From the NCBI RefSeq assembly GCF_006345805.1, contig NC_043014.1, positions 26,722,001-26,786,000 on the forward strand: a DNA stretch of 64,000 nucleotides, written 5' to 3'. The notes under the pieces are model-generated. The model saw only the letters and a program-made list of their open reading frames with translations. It was not told where the DNA came from and did no database searches. This document shows, one piece after another, positions 1 through 11,443 of the stretch. Numbering within the stretch: the stretch's first letter is position 1; each line of letters starts with the position of its first letter. Origin of the DNA: Octopus sinensis. Its lineage: Eukaryota. The position numbers and the translations under genes were made by a program.

Positions 1-299
1 AAATAATAACTAATTTTCGTTGATATTTCTCCATTTCTCAAAATTTATTTTATTTTATTTTAGTCACCATGGTCATTCATTTTAAGTCTCTTTAGAATTG
101 AAAATGGACAAAACAAGTCAATTTTCAAATATTCCACAAATAAAAACACTTGAATTATTTCTTCATGGAGAGCTGGGCATTTTAAACAATATGCTTTATT
201 TTGGTTTTACACCGTTTTCATTATCACGCCAAGGTTTTCTAAACTTCTTACCAAACTTCCGTGCTTTTGAAAGTGTTTTATAATTTGTCATATTTTTAA

Positions 300-1103
300 A
301 TGGATATCTTAGTGAAACTTCGACCAAAATTTGTGGAACTCCTTACTCAGGTAGAAGAAATTCTGGACCATTTAGTTTCAGAAGGTATTTTTACAGTTCC
401 TGATGTTACTTCCGTGTCGTCTTGTCCGAATCGCAGCAACCAGATTCGTAGATTGTTGGACATTCTTACTCGGAAACTACCGTCTAACATTGAGAAATTT
501 TATGAAATATTATTATTAACAAATAACCAGATATTAGCTGATGAAATAACTCGGTTTACATCTGATGAATCCGCTCAACCTACGCCTTATCGAAATTTAC
601 AGTGTAAATATCCAATACAAGAAGAGGGAAATAGGTATGGTTATATTGTTAGTATTGACGGTTGTATTCAGGAAGATTATTTCCAGACTTTTATTACTAA
701 TTATACTCGCAAGAAATATATTGATTACAAGTCGGTTTTAATTACTGATTTTCCCATGTTCCTTAACAAAGAAGTTACTGAAATGTCCAATAAGTGTGTA
801 AAATATGATTTTGCTCTCTATTTTGTAATGTGTGATTCTCAATTTAATACTATCCACGAAGAGGACTACTTTAAACAAGTTGTCACTTTAACTGAAGTAA
901 TCTTCAGTGAAAACGTTAAGCCCCATCCACTGATGTGTTTGATCTGTTGTGAGGACTGTTCAATCGAAGAAATATTTAAAAGTACTGATCACTATGTCAT
1001 TGCTGCTTTGCGGAAAGACCATTTTAGAGATATTCTAAATAATTTTCCAGGTGATTTAAGCTCAGTCTTTCTTTACGTTAAGAATATGACGAAACTGTCG
1101 TGA
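300..1103 (+). CDS. Intronless CARD-domain protein with degenerate caspase-like (p20 and partial p10) domain; probable pseudo-caspase
   Basis: 267-aa ORF. Residues ~1-85 fit a CARD pattern (LRPKFVELL..VEEILDHLVSEGIF..RSNQIRRLLDIL..FYEILL..LADEI). The C-terminal part aligns by eye to caspase motifs: KYPIQEEGNRYGYIVSID ~ Y.M...PRG.ALIINN; KYDFALYFVMCD ~ YDCFV..ILSHG; VKPHPLMCLICCED ~ GKPKLFFIQACRG; TDHYVIAA ~ ADFLIAY. Possible AATAAA at ~1535-1540. Confidence 0.7.
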   Translation: MDILVKLRPKFVELLTQVEEILDHLVSEGIFTVPDVTSVSSCPNRSNQIRRLLDILTRKLPSNIEKFYEILLLTNNQILADEITRFTSDESAQPTPYRNLQCKYPIQEEGNRYGYIVSIDGCIQEDYFQTFITNYTRKKYIDYKSVLITDFPMFLNKEVTEMSNKCVKYDFALYFVMCDSQFNTIHEEDYFKQVVTLTEVIFSENVKPHPLMCLICCEDCSIEEIFKSTDHYVIAALRKDHFRDILNNFPGDLSSVFLYVKNMTKLS

Positions 1104-1624
1104 GGTTTTTTATTTTTTTTTTATTTTGGTATTCTTTCTATATGACTCGAGAAAATCAAAATACTTTTAATACTTGTCAATCACATAAAAGTTGTACTTG
1201 TATATTTTGTCTTCGATAAAACACTCATCTGGTACACCCTGTTGAGTGTTCTTTCATTAAGAATTAAGCCATATGGCGCTATATTTTTTATATATCAATT
1301 TTTTTAGTAATTGTTCAGTAAAATCAAAACGTATTGCTGACAATATCGATAACTTTCATTTTAGTTTCAGTTGTTTTTGTTTTTTCTCAGTACTTGTTTA
1401 TTTTACATTTGGTGGGGGCGTACTTTTAGCTACAAGTCCGTTTTATGAAAGGAAAGAAGAAAGCAGGGATCATTTCGTATTGGCTGCTAGCATTTCAAAA
1501 ATTAGAGTTTACCAAAAATTTTTTAATATGGCTCAATAAATACACTTGCCTAAACTGAATTGCTGGAGTCATTTCATTTTTTCCAGAAAAATATTTTTAA
1601 AAAGTTATAGAGGGTTAAAGTTCG

Positions 1625-2338
1625 ATATATAAAAAATACAAAAATGGGACAAGAACACAAAACATCCAGACAGTTAGGTGATACAAAAAAGGGGCAATAA
1701 AACATCCAGGCAGACAATACAAAGAAAACAAATACAGAAAAAAAAAAAACTGAGAATGTTACACAAATACAAATAACAGGACATAACAAAAGGTGTCTTT
1801 TGGTTGAAAGACACCTGTTGTTATGTCCTATTATTTGCATTTGTATTTGTGTAAAATTTCTCTGTTTTATTTTTTTTTCTGTCCTTGTTTTCGTATACAT
1901 TCGCTGCTTTCCTCCAAGGAATCTAATGCTCTTAGGTTAGTTTTTCCTTGGGGCTGGCCAGATTGGAGCAATCTCAAGTATAACCAGCTGAAATTGCAAA
2001 GATAATCTGGAACTTGACTGAGGACAGAAAACTCCGAATGATTCATCCTTGTTTTCTTTGTATCGTCTGCCTGGATGTTTTGTTGTCCCTTTTTTTGTGG
2101 CACTGTCATGCCTTTGGTTGTCAGAAGTGAAAGTAGTCAACTTCGTGTATTTCCGTCAGGTTTATACCTTCGTTAATTTACGCCGTTTATTTACGTACCA
2201 CCACGCTGTTAGGTTTATAAAACAATTGAAGTTCAGTTTAAAGTTTATAAATAAATAAATTTCATGTGTAATGTATACACATGTGTATATATATATGTAT
2301 ACACATGTATATATACACATGTATATATATATATGTAT

Positions 2339-2371
<33 letters not shown>

Positions 2372-2900
2372 CTTGTATAGACACATCTTTAATTAAACTA
2401 TTGACCGCCTTAAAACGGATTTCAACAGAAAAATATTACTATAATGGATAATATAAGCATATAACTACTTATACACACATACAATAAATACAGACACACA
2501 CACATTAATCAGACATATAGCCACATATACACACACGTGTGTATGATTGGTGTATGTGGTCGCGGTGGTGGTGGTCATTTGTGCAGATTTGGTGTGATTT
2601 CTTTTTTAAAAACAATAATGAATAATGCAAGAATATATTTATTTATAAAGTTTAAACAGAACATGGAATGAAATGTATTTATTTATAAACTTTAAACTGA
2701 ACTTCAATTGTTTTATAAACCTAACAGCGTGGTGGTACGTAAATAAACGGCGTAAATTAACGAAGGTATAAACCTGACGGAAATACACGAAGTTGACTAC
2801 TTTCACTTCTGATAACCAAAGGCATGACAGTGCCTTTTTTGTATCACCTAACTGTCCGGATGTTTTGTGTTCTTGTCTCATTTTTGTATTTTTTATACAT
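1625..2900. repeat. Composite foldback / inverted-repeat interspersed element with internal (TA)n/(CA)n tract
   Basis: 1629-1692 is the reverse complement of ~2833-2896; ~2101-2258 is the reverse complement of ~2668-2834; a separate hairpin is centred near 1803 with arms from ~1685 to ~1890, continuing at 2045-2097. Confidence 0.8.
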
Positions 2901-3489
2901 AAAGATATAGCGGCATATTTACACTTTAGTCTCTCCTTTAATGTTTGATCATTTTCATCCAGTCAGGAAACAGGATTTGGAAGCTGTCATTTTGTGCATG
3001 ACTGCACGTGTTGTCAATATTTGTAAACAACATGTGTTATGAATCCGGTAATTTTCTTTCATGTAAATAAATCTTATTAAGCTGATATTTTTAAGACACC
3101 TCACAACCACCAGGGTTTAATGCAAATGCAATAAACATTACAATTTTTAACAGAAAGATTTGGAAGAATTGGATGAAAGTTTTCCAGTAATTTTCTGTCA
3201 TGTAAATAAATGTTTTTGGTAATTTCAGAGAAAAACAATTAGTTTTAAATCTCTGAGTGAGATGTTGGCGAATAAACTTTAATTTAAAAGATTTATCCAA
3301 TAAATCTTATTTGGCTGCTCTTTTTAGCACACTTCACAACCACCTCAATGCTCAGTGACAAAAAGAAACAAGTAAATAAACATTTAAGCATTTGGTATAC
3401 ATTTAATGCAAATGCAATGAACGTGTTTTGTGCCATAAACACATTACAATTTAAATATGCTTAAAAAACAAAGACAAACATTTCATTAG

Positions 3490-3629
3490 TGAGCATCGCC
3501 ATTGCATGTTCCCACCACATCTTTTCATACACATAACATGCCTCTCTTTTTACATAGTTTTCTTTTGAGTATTACACCCTTTTCTTGAAGGCATGACACA
3601 GTATCCTCCTCTGTTTTCAATTTTTCCAT
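3490..3629 (-). mobile_element. Possible Merlin/ISXO2-like transposase N-terminal remnant
   Basis: Minus-strand translation MEKLKTEEDTVSCLQEKGVILKRKLCKKRG, then in another frame RCGGNMQWRCS. This resembles the zinc-binding N-terminus (L..KG....C..C...M / WRC) of Merlin transposases. Short and frameshifted. Confidence 0.3.
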
Positions 3630-4384
3630 AATAGAAGCAAAGTTACTGGATCTTGCCACCGTAATCACACAGAACTCAGAACACAACATCAAATTTGTCA
3701 ACATGTGCTTCCTCGTAGATAAAAGACTGTTACTATGGCGATAGGCAAAATAGTTCTCATGTTCCGCTACTTACCATCAAAACAGCCATGAATGTATCTG
3801 TGGCTTACAATTGGCTAAAATTACCAAAATGTTCAAACTTTAATTTCTCAATGATCAAACCTCTTTATTTATTGATTTATTGCAAAAATTACTTGTAAAA
3901 TTAGCTTGTAAAACTGTATCATTACACTGAATGTGAAATCAATTTGAACAGAAACTTGACACTGGCAGCCAAACAGAAAAGATCCAAAAGCAGTAAGAAA
4001 TGATGCTAGATTAACCAGTCAGAAATACAGATTCATGTGTGAAAGATACAAAATACATAGTTTTATAAGAGTAAATAATCATTTTCTCCAAAGCAAAGCT
4101 AGAAATTAGTTGTAAATAACAGATAAAGACAGCAAGGGGTGACAAGAGTGAGTAAAGTATCAGACAACTTACTTTGGTGTATTTAGTTATGTCCCTTTGC
4201 CTTTTTTTTTTTTTATGAACATAAACTGAACAAATTCCCAATTCTTGGATACATTTACAAATAAAAACCAGCCTGCATGTTGTATGCCTGCAGATAGGTA
4301 TGCAGAAATTACTGAATTTTGCCTACCCCATTAAGTATTACATTTCTATACCAATCTTCTTTTATTATTTTTTTTTTTTGTATT

Positions 4385-4750
4385 TTATATTTACCTCCGC
4401 CTTAGTGAAGGTGGAGGTATTGTTTTCACTTGCATTTGTTTGTTTGACCATGGACAAGATATCTCAAGAATCGCTGGATGGATTCGGATGAAACTTTCAG
4501 GGATGTTTGGCCTCATGACTGGCATGAACTTGTCAGATTTGGGGATTGATGTGGTACTGGACAAGGATTCTGGGTTATTTTTTCTGTTTTCTACTTAATT
4601 TTTGAGAGTGGTCGGATTCATTTTAAGAATTCCCATTTGTGAGAGCAGTCAAATTTCAGATATTCTCATTTTAAAAATCATCTCTGGCTAATCATTGAGA
4701 GGACATTGGTGTTGCCTTGGCAGAGCTGTGCGCTCTCTGAGTGCTCTTGT
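4385..4750 (+). mobile_element. Non-autonomous Helentron-type (HINE-like) element
   Basis: Starts ttacctccgccttag and ends ccttggcagagctgtgcgctctctgagtgctcttg, i.e. sub-terminal inverted repeat plus 3' hairpin. Homologous to the copy at ~55027-55772. Confidence 0.6.
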
Positions 4751-4857
4751 TTACTATTTTATTTACAACTAACAAATACCATTATATTCACAGGATAGTT
4801 ACAACTAACAAATTTTTTTTTAAATTTAGTTCAATTGTGTGTATGTTATGTCATATT

Positions 4858-4965
4858 GAAGGTGGCAAGCTGTCAGAATTGTTAGCTCACCCGGTAAAAT
4901 ACTTAACAGCATTTTGTCTGTCATCACATTCTGAGTTCAAATTCCACTGAGGTCAACTTTGCCTC
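4858..4965 (+). mobile_element. SINE family B (tRNA-like head) fragment
   Basis: ggtggcaagctgtcagaattgttagc...ctgagttcaaattccactgaggtcaactttgcc matches copies at 39797, 54777 and 55773. Confidence 0.7.
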
Positions 4966-4999
4966 TTACTCATATAAAAATAATATGCTTATTTTACTT

Positions 5000-6760
5000 A
5001 TGGTAAATACATATACCTTAAATTTGTGGCTGGTGCAGAGTCCCAGCTAAGCCGAGAGTGGCATAGTAGTGGAACAAGGTGGAACATGGTTGTGGACAGT
5101 GCTATAAAAGTAGAGACAGGCCTGGAAAGACTAGAAAAGCAGTGGAAGAGTTACATGGCAGAAAGTATGAGATTTTCAACTGTTCTACAGTGTATCAGAG
5201 AGAATAGAGATGTGTTGGGTGAGAAATGTGTGCAAATGGATAATGGTATGCTTGCACTTAGTGACTCAGAGAAGAAAGATGCATGGAAGCATCACTATGA
5301 AAAGTTACTAAATGTGGAAAATGGATGGGAGAAAGAGAGTCTTTCAAATATAGAACTAACTGAGAGACCATCCATCAGAGTTGACAGTAGTATAATAGAT
5401 AAGGCAATTAAGGATATTAAGATAGGGAAAGCCCCTGGACCAGCCTAGACACTCTTATAGTTATTCAGGACTGGCATAGTAGTATTATAGTTAGCTGCTA
5501 CAAGGGTAAAGGTGATACCTTAGAAAGAAACAATTACAGAGGTATCAAATTGCTGGACCAGGTCATAAAAGTTACAGAGATAGTGAGAGCTCAATTGATT
5601 AAGAATAGAATTAAACTAGTTGAGATGCAATTGGTTAGTACCACATATACCATCTTCCTCATGAGACAACTGCAGGAAAAGTATTTAGCAAGCCGTTGTA
5701 CTTGGCTTTTGACAGTCTCTCACTGTTATCTGGTGGTCTCTAAGGAAGTTAGTTGATGAGTGGCTTATTATAGCTGTACAAGCCGTGAATACAGTGATGA
5801 ATTTAACATACAAGTAGGGATTCACCATTATTCAGTCCACTATTATATTAGGCCATAACAGGAACTTGAAACAGGATGCCTGTGGGAACTACTGTATGCT
5901 GATGACCTCACTTTTATTGCATTAGCAAGAAAGTAGATAAAACTCTCTTGCCATCAGGGAAATGACCCTGCTCAATATTTAGAAAAGGAGTTGGGAGTAA
6001 TTTCATTCGTTGCACCCAGTGTAAGCTATGGACATGTAAGAGGTGTAGTGGAATCACAAGTAGATTAACAGATAAAGTTGTCTTCATATGTGACATGTGC
6101 AGGAACAATAAGCATTAAGGGCAAACAGGATTTAGACACTTTCAAATGCCCAGAAGTCTCTCTTGAGGTTGTAGTTTCTGTTACCTAGGTGACCAAATGA
6201 GAAAAGTAGAGGATGTTCTGAAAGTATTGTTGCTAGAATAAGAATTGGAGGAAGTTCAGAGAGCTATTACCTCAGTTGGCAACAAGAGGACTCTCAGAAT
6301 GAAAGGCAGATTTTATGATGCTTGTGTATGAATGGCTATAATCCATGGTAGTGTGACATGGGCTTTGAATGCAGAAGACATGTAGACTAAAGAGGAATAA
6401 GGGTAGTATGCTCCACTGGATTATCAACATCAGTGTGCATGAATGACAAAGTGCAAATGTGCTGAGAAAAGAGTTAGTATAAGAGGAGTCAGATGCAGTA
6501 TGCAAGGGAGAAGACTGCATTGGTGTGGACTTTTGATACATATGAATGAAGACAGCAGTATAAAGAAGTGCTGATCACTGAAAGCAGATGGCACTTGTTG
6601 AATAGGAAGTTATGGGATGAATTAGTAGAGGACCAATCTCAGGATGTTGGGCCTCACAGAGATGTCAATGGACCGAGATGGCAGTATAAAGTTCTGGCCC
6701 ACTTCAGCAAAATTGAGACCTGAGAGCAGTGTGTATTCCACCCACATGTAACAATAAAAT
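5000..6760 (+). mobile_element. Decayed RTE-clade LINE fragment (RT region)
   Basis: KAIKDIKIGKAPGP, RNNYRGIKLLDQVIKV, GCLWELLYADDL motifs with many stops and frameshifts. Confidence 0.8.
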
Positions 6761-6897
6761 TTTTCACACATCCTACTCAAACTAAACTACATCTCTCTTC
6801 TCCTCTTCTTCTCCTCACATTACCTCTTTTTCATGCATTATGCTTATGCCTATTTCTCACTACCCAGTCCTTCCCTCACCACCCTGCTCACTGTACC

Positions 6898-7021
6898 ATG
6901 TTCATATAGCACCAGGAGAGGAGACAAAGAGACAAAATAAACTAGTAAAAAAATTACTGGATAAATTTTTTTGCTAGTTTATTTTGTCTCTTTGTCTCCT
7001 CTCCTGGTGCTATATGAACAT
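6898..7021. repeat. Near-perfect palindrome: 58-bp arms, 8-nt loop, 1 mismatch
   Basis: 6898-6955 is the reverse complement of 6964-7021 except one T/G pair. Confidence 0.95.
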
Positions 7022-7503
7022 TTAATGTGGCTTTAGAGTTAGGTTTTGACTGCTATTTTTAGTGTGGTGGTATCTCTCAGATACCCTAAATTATAATTTT
7101 ACATATATATATGTTTATGTTTGTTTTCCAGTTTCAGCTCTTGAGCTGTGGCCATGCTGTGGCCATGCTGTGGCCATGCTGGGGCACTGCCATATAGGGA
7201 GAATTCACAAAAAAAACAAATGAAGACAGGTGGTGTAGACAACAAACAGATGTATTAGTTTAATGCTCTGGAAGTGAAAAAGTCTTTAATGTTTCAAGCC
7301 TATGCTCTTCCACAGGGAGAAAAAATAAAGAATGTAAGAATGTGTAGGGACTACACACATATATATACAACAGACTTCTTTCAGTTTCCCTCTACCAAAT
7401 CCACTCACAAAGCTTTGGTTGGCCCAACGCTATAGTAAAAGACACTTGCCCTAAGTGCCACGCAGTAACTTTACTATAGACTTGTTTATCCTTATTTCTC
7501 ATA

Positions 7504-8711
7504 GATCTCAGAATTTTAATTGATTTGCTTTTCGCAGGAAGGAAGTTTCTTCGAAGATATGTCTCGCTTTTATCCTTCGAAACGTAGAGTAGATGAAACC
7601 TTAGCGACTGAAGAAGGGGATTTTTCGTTGTGCTTATTGTCCTGTATCCCTTTTTTTTTGCTTGTCCTGTTCCTTGGTTTGTGTCTATGTTTTTCGTCTC
7701 TCTATGTGTTCGACGTCTTTTTGGTGTCCTGTACACATATATGCGTGTATATGTACATGTAGAGGTAGGTACGTACATATATGTTTATATATATGCATAT
7801 GTTCTATTTTATTAACATATTATACGACTAAACGCACGCACCCTATTAAGTAAGATTGTTCTGTTTATCAAGTTAGCCTTGATATTAACTCTCACGCGAC
7901 TCTGCATCTTTCTTTCTTTCTATCCCATTCCCTTTTTCGTCTTTTTTCCCTCACTTAACTTGTCTCTTCCTCTCTCTCTCATTCTTCATTCTCTCTCTCC
8001 CCCTCACCATTCTTCATGGTCTCCTCGCACCATTCCCCTTCTTCTCTCTCTTCCTCTTGCTCCTCCTCCCCCATTCCCGTCGTCCATCTGCGACGATACT
8101 TCCGTCGTAACTGCTATCCTGTCTTTTCTCGCCCGCCTTCTAAGGCTACTGGTCGACATTCCTTCTCTCTCGTCGTCCACTATAATCCAGCGTTTGCAAT
8201 ACTTTTTTCGTCTGGCGTAAACAGCCCTTCTTATCTTGTTCTCCTTGTCCTGTCTCTCACTGTTATATATTTATTTTTCCACTGTTTATATATATATTTT
8301 TTTTTTTTTACTGTTTATTTTTTTTTTTTTTACTGTTTATATGTTTGTACTGTCGTTACCGTCTTGCTTTTTTTACCATGTTTTACCCTCTGCGAAAAGA
8401 TCTCAGAATTTTAATTGATTTGCTTTTCGCAGGAAGGAAGTTTCTTCGAAGATACGTCTCGCTTTTATCCTTCGAAACGTAGAGTAGATGAAACCTTAGC
8501 GATTGAAGAAGGGGATTTTTCGTTGTGCTTATTGTCCTGTATCCCTTTTTTTTTGCTTGTCCTGTTCCTTGGTTTGTGTCTATGTTTTTCGTCTCTCTAT
8601 GTGTTCGACGTCTTTTTGGTGTCCTGTACACATATATGCGTGTATATGTACATGTAGAGGTAGGTACGTACATATATGTTTATATATATGCATATGTTCT
8701 ATTTTATTAAC

Positions 8712-8715
<4 letters not shown>
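7504..8715. mobile_element. Direct-repeat-flanked non-coding element (~315-bp near-identical repeats around a ~580-bp pyrimidine-rich core); Penelope pLTR-like or TRIM-like
   Basis: 7504-7820 matches 8399-8715 with about two substitutions seen. The core has no recognisable protein. Confidence 0.55.
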
Positions 8716-8743
<28 letters not shown>

Positions 8744-8769
8744 CATCATCATTATCATTACCATGTTTT

Positions 8770-9190
8770 CCATGCTTTATTTTCTGGTCTGGCATGATTT
8801 CTATGGCTGGATGCTCTTCCTAATGCCAACCACTCCACAGAGTGTACTAGATGCTTTTTATTTAATACCAACACTAGTATCAATTCTGCTGTGGTGGATG
8901 GGTCTTCTTGAGTACAGCAAGGCACTAGATATTTCAGTCTTTTGTCATCTCCTTCGTAAGGCTCAGTGCCTTGAGATCAGCTTTCAATACTTCATCCCAC
9001 ATCTTCCTGGGTCTCCCTCTTTCACAGGTTCCATCCACTTTAAATGATCAGCACTTCTGTAAGGAACTGTCTACATCCATATGCATCATATGACCAAACC
9101 ACCACAGTCTTCTCTTGCACACCACATCTAATCATTCATACACTCAACATTTCTCTCACTAAATTAGAGCTCTGTTGCACATGTACACTG
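8770..9190 (-). mobile_element. RTE LINE 3' end fragment
   Basis: Reverse complement resembles the C-terminal region and 3' tail of the RTE family also seen at 6400-6700 and 60556-60848. Confidence 0.55.
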
Positions 9191-9194
9191 TATG

Positions 9195-9515
9195 CGCAAA
9201 GGCATGTGACTTAGTGGTTAGGAGTATTTTGTTCACTATCGTAAAATCATGTGTTCATTTCCCAGCAGTATGTTGTCTTTGAGCCAGACACTTTCATGTT
9301 GCTCCAGTCTACTCAGCTAGCAAATATGAGTGGTACTTGTATTTCATAGGGCCAGCCTTGTCCCATTCTGTGTCATGCTGAATTTCCCTGAGAACTATAT
9401 TAAGTGTATACATGTCTGTGAAGTGCTCGGTCACTTGCACGTTAATTTCATGAGCAGGCTACTTTGTTGATCAGGTCAACTGGAACCTTTATCATCATAA
9501 CTGACAGAGTGCCAG
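9195..9515 (+). mobile_element. Degenerate SINE (family C-like)
   Basis: gtgacttagtggttagg...gagccagacactttcatgttgctccagtctactcagct resembles the SINE at 35265. Confidence 0.5.
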
Positions 9516-9519
9516 TAAA

Positions 9520-10360
9520 GATATATATATACACAGTTTAGGACAATCAGTAAGTTGTCATAATAGTGCTCAGAGTTTCAAATGCCGGAGCTAAGAGCCA
9601 AGATGCATTCTCATTGGCTATTATGACAATAGACACTATAAAAAAAAACTGTTGAATAAAAGGAAAGTTACTCTAATAGGTAAGAAAAAATTATAAAAGA
9701 TAAAAAGTACACACAACCAAATTCTCACTATACATAGACATAAAACCTCTTGCGTTCATAACGTCTACATATGTACACACTCACACAAGTATGTATATGT
9801 ACATGCCCATACACACACAAACATATGTGCATTTGCATACTCATACACATATCCACACACACATGTATATATATGTATGTATGTATATGTACACGCAACT
9901 TCATCCTCATATACACATAGGTGTATGCTTGCATACATAAATATTTAGACATTTATACATATGTGTATATAAGATGAAATTATATGCACATATACATATA
10001 TATATATATATACATACATGTGTGTGTGGATATGTGTATGAGTATGTAAATGCACATATATGCTTGTGTGTGCATGGGCATGTACATATACATGTTTGTG
10101 TTAGTGTGTGCGTATGTAGACGTTATGAACGCAGGAGGTTTTATGTCTATGTATTGTGAGAATATGGTTGCATGTATTTATCTTTTAGATTTTTTCCTAC
10201 CTATTAGAGTAACTTCCCTTTTATTCAACGGTTTTTTTATAGCATCTATTGCCATAATAGCCAATGAGAATACATTGTAGCTCTTAGCTCCAGCATTTGA
10301 AACTCTGAGTACTATCATGACAACTTACTGATTGCCCTAAACTATACATATATAAATATC
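9520..10360. repeat. Large foldback (~400-bp diverged arms, ~30-bp spacer), MITE-like
   Basis: 9535-9925 is a diverged reverse complement of 9956-10343, e.g. agtttaggacaatcagtaagttgtcat vs atgacaacttactgattgccctaaact. Confidence 0.85.
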
Positions 10361-10402
10361 CTCTATTTACTTAATATCAAGGTCTCATTCTTTTGTTGTC
10401 AC

Positions 10403-10404
<2 letters not shown>

Positions 10405-10500
<96 letters not shown>

Positions 10501-10510
10501 TATTATTATA
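10405..10510. repeat. (ATT)n(ATC)n microsatellite
   Basis: Seen directly. Confidence 0.95.
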
Positions 10511-10620
10511 TATAGAGAGGGAGAGATAGATGAGTACTGATGGAGGGGCAGCATTAGATGGGTGCTGATGGGGAAGCAAAAAGCCCCAAAATATATATGC
10601 CCATTACTCATTTTTAAATA

Positions 10621-10980
10621 GGTGCAGGAATGGTTGTGCAATAAGAAGCTTGCTTCCCAACCACATGATTCCAGGTTCAGTCTCACTGCCTGGCACCTTT
10701 GGCAAGTGTCTTCTACTATAGCCTCAGGCTGACCATATATGTATATATATATGCATATATATTTGTGTGTGTGTGTCTGTTTTTGTCTCCCCACCATCAT
10801 TTGACAACTGATGCTTGTGTGTTTATGTCCCTGTAACTTAGTGGTTCGGCAAAATAAACCAGGATAATAAGTACTAGGCTTACAAAGAATACTGTCCTGG
10901 GGTCAATTTGTTCAACTAAACAACCCTTTAAGGTGATGCTCCAGCATGGCCACAGTCAAATTACTGAAGCAAGTAAAAGA
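10621..10980 (+). mobile_element. SINE family A (tRNA-derived head)
   Basis: Diverged copy of ggcgcaggagtggctgtgtggtaag...ccttgggcaagtgtctt...gctccagcatggcc...gaaacaagtaaaaga. Confidence 0.85.
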
Positions 10981-11400
10981 ATATATGTCATCATCATCTA
11001 AAGATCCCAAATTTGCACCCGAGAAGAACAAAAGAAGGGCTTGTATGTAGTTTGTAGAGAAAGCGGTAATCATATCTACTAACAAACAAGGTGAATATGT
11101 ACTGGAAGAGAGAAAAAGAAAATGATAAATGGGAGAAATAAAAGAAGTCCCTTGAAAAACTATATTTTCATATTTTCTATTTCTTTTATTTGATTGATAT
11201 ATACATATATATATATAATATACATATAAATTAATTGTTATCGCCATATTAATATGGCAGTCTTATAGATATAAGACTAAAAGCTGTCGCTGATTAGCTC
11301 CATGAGGCCATCACCTTAAGATAGCTATTTGACACACAAACTGTGTCCATTATAACCTTCGAACAAGGGAGGTCAGCCGCTTCACACTGCTAGTCAGGCA

Positions 11401-11443
11401 GCTACAGACGCGTTTCAGGGTATTTGCCCCTTGTCAATGTAGC
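11401..11443 (-). ncRNA. Minimal type I hammerhead ribozyme motif (U3-A8 variant)
   Basis: Minus strand reads gctaca-TTGACAA-gggg caaata ccct-GAAAC-GC-GTC-tgtagc: 6-bp stem I, stem II, GAAA, palindromic ACGCGT stem III, GUC cleavage triplet. Confidence 0.65.

Noticed and set aside
98-283. 61-aa + strand ORF upstream of the CARD gene
   Set aside because: No recognisable motif; length is compatible with chance in AT-rich DNA.
1273-1539. 88-aa hydrophobic ORF and a possible convergent minus-strand gene
   Set aside because: No domain; the minus-strand frames have several stops; more simply the 3' UTR of the CARD gene.
4172-4290. Minus-strand AG...GTAAGT candidate exon (HTTCRLVFICK...KYTK)
   Set aside because: No protein similarity and no partner exons found.
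7146-7183. Three tandem copies of ctgtggccatg
   Set aside because: Slippage within a SINE 3' fragment; no spacers, not CRISPR-like.
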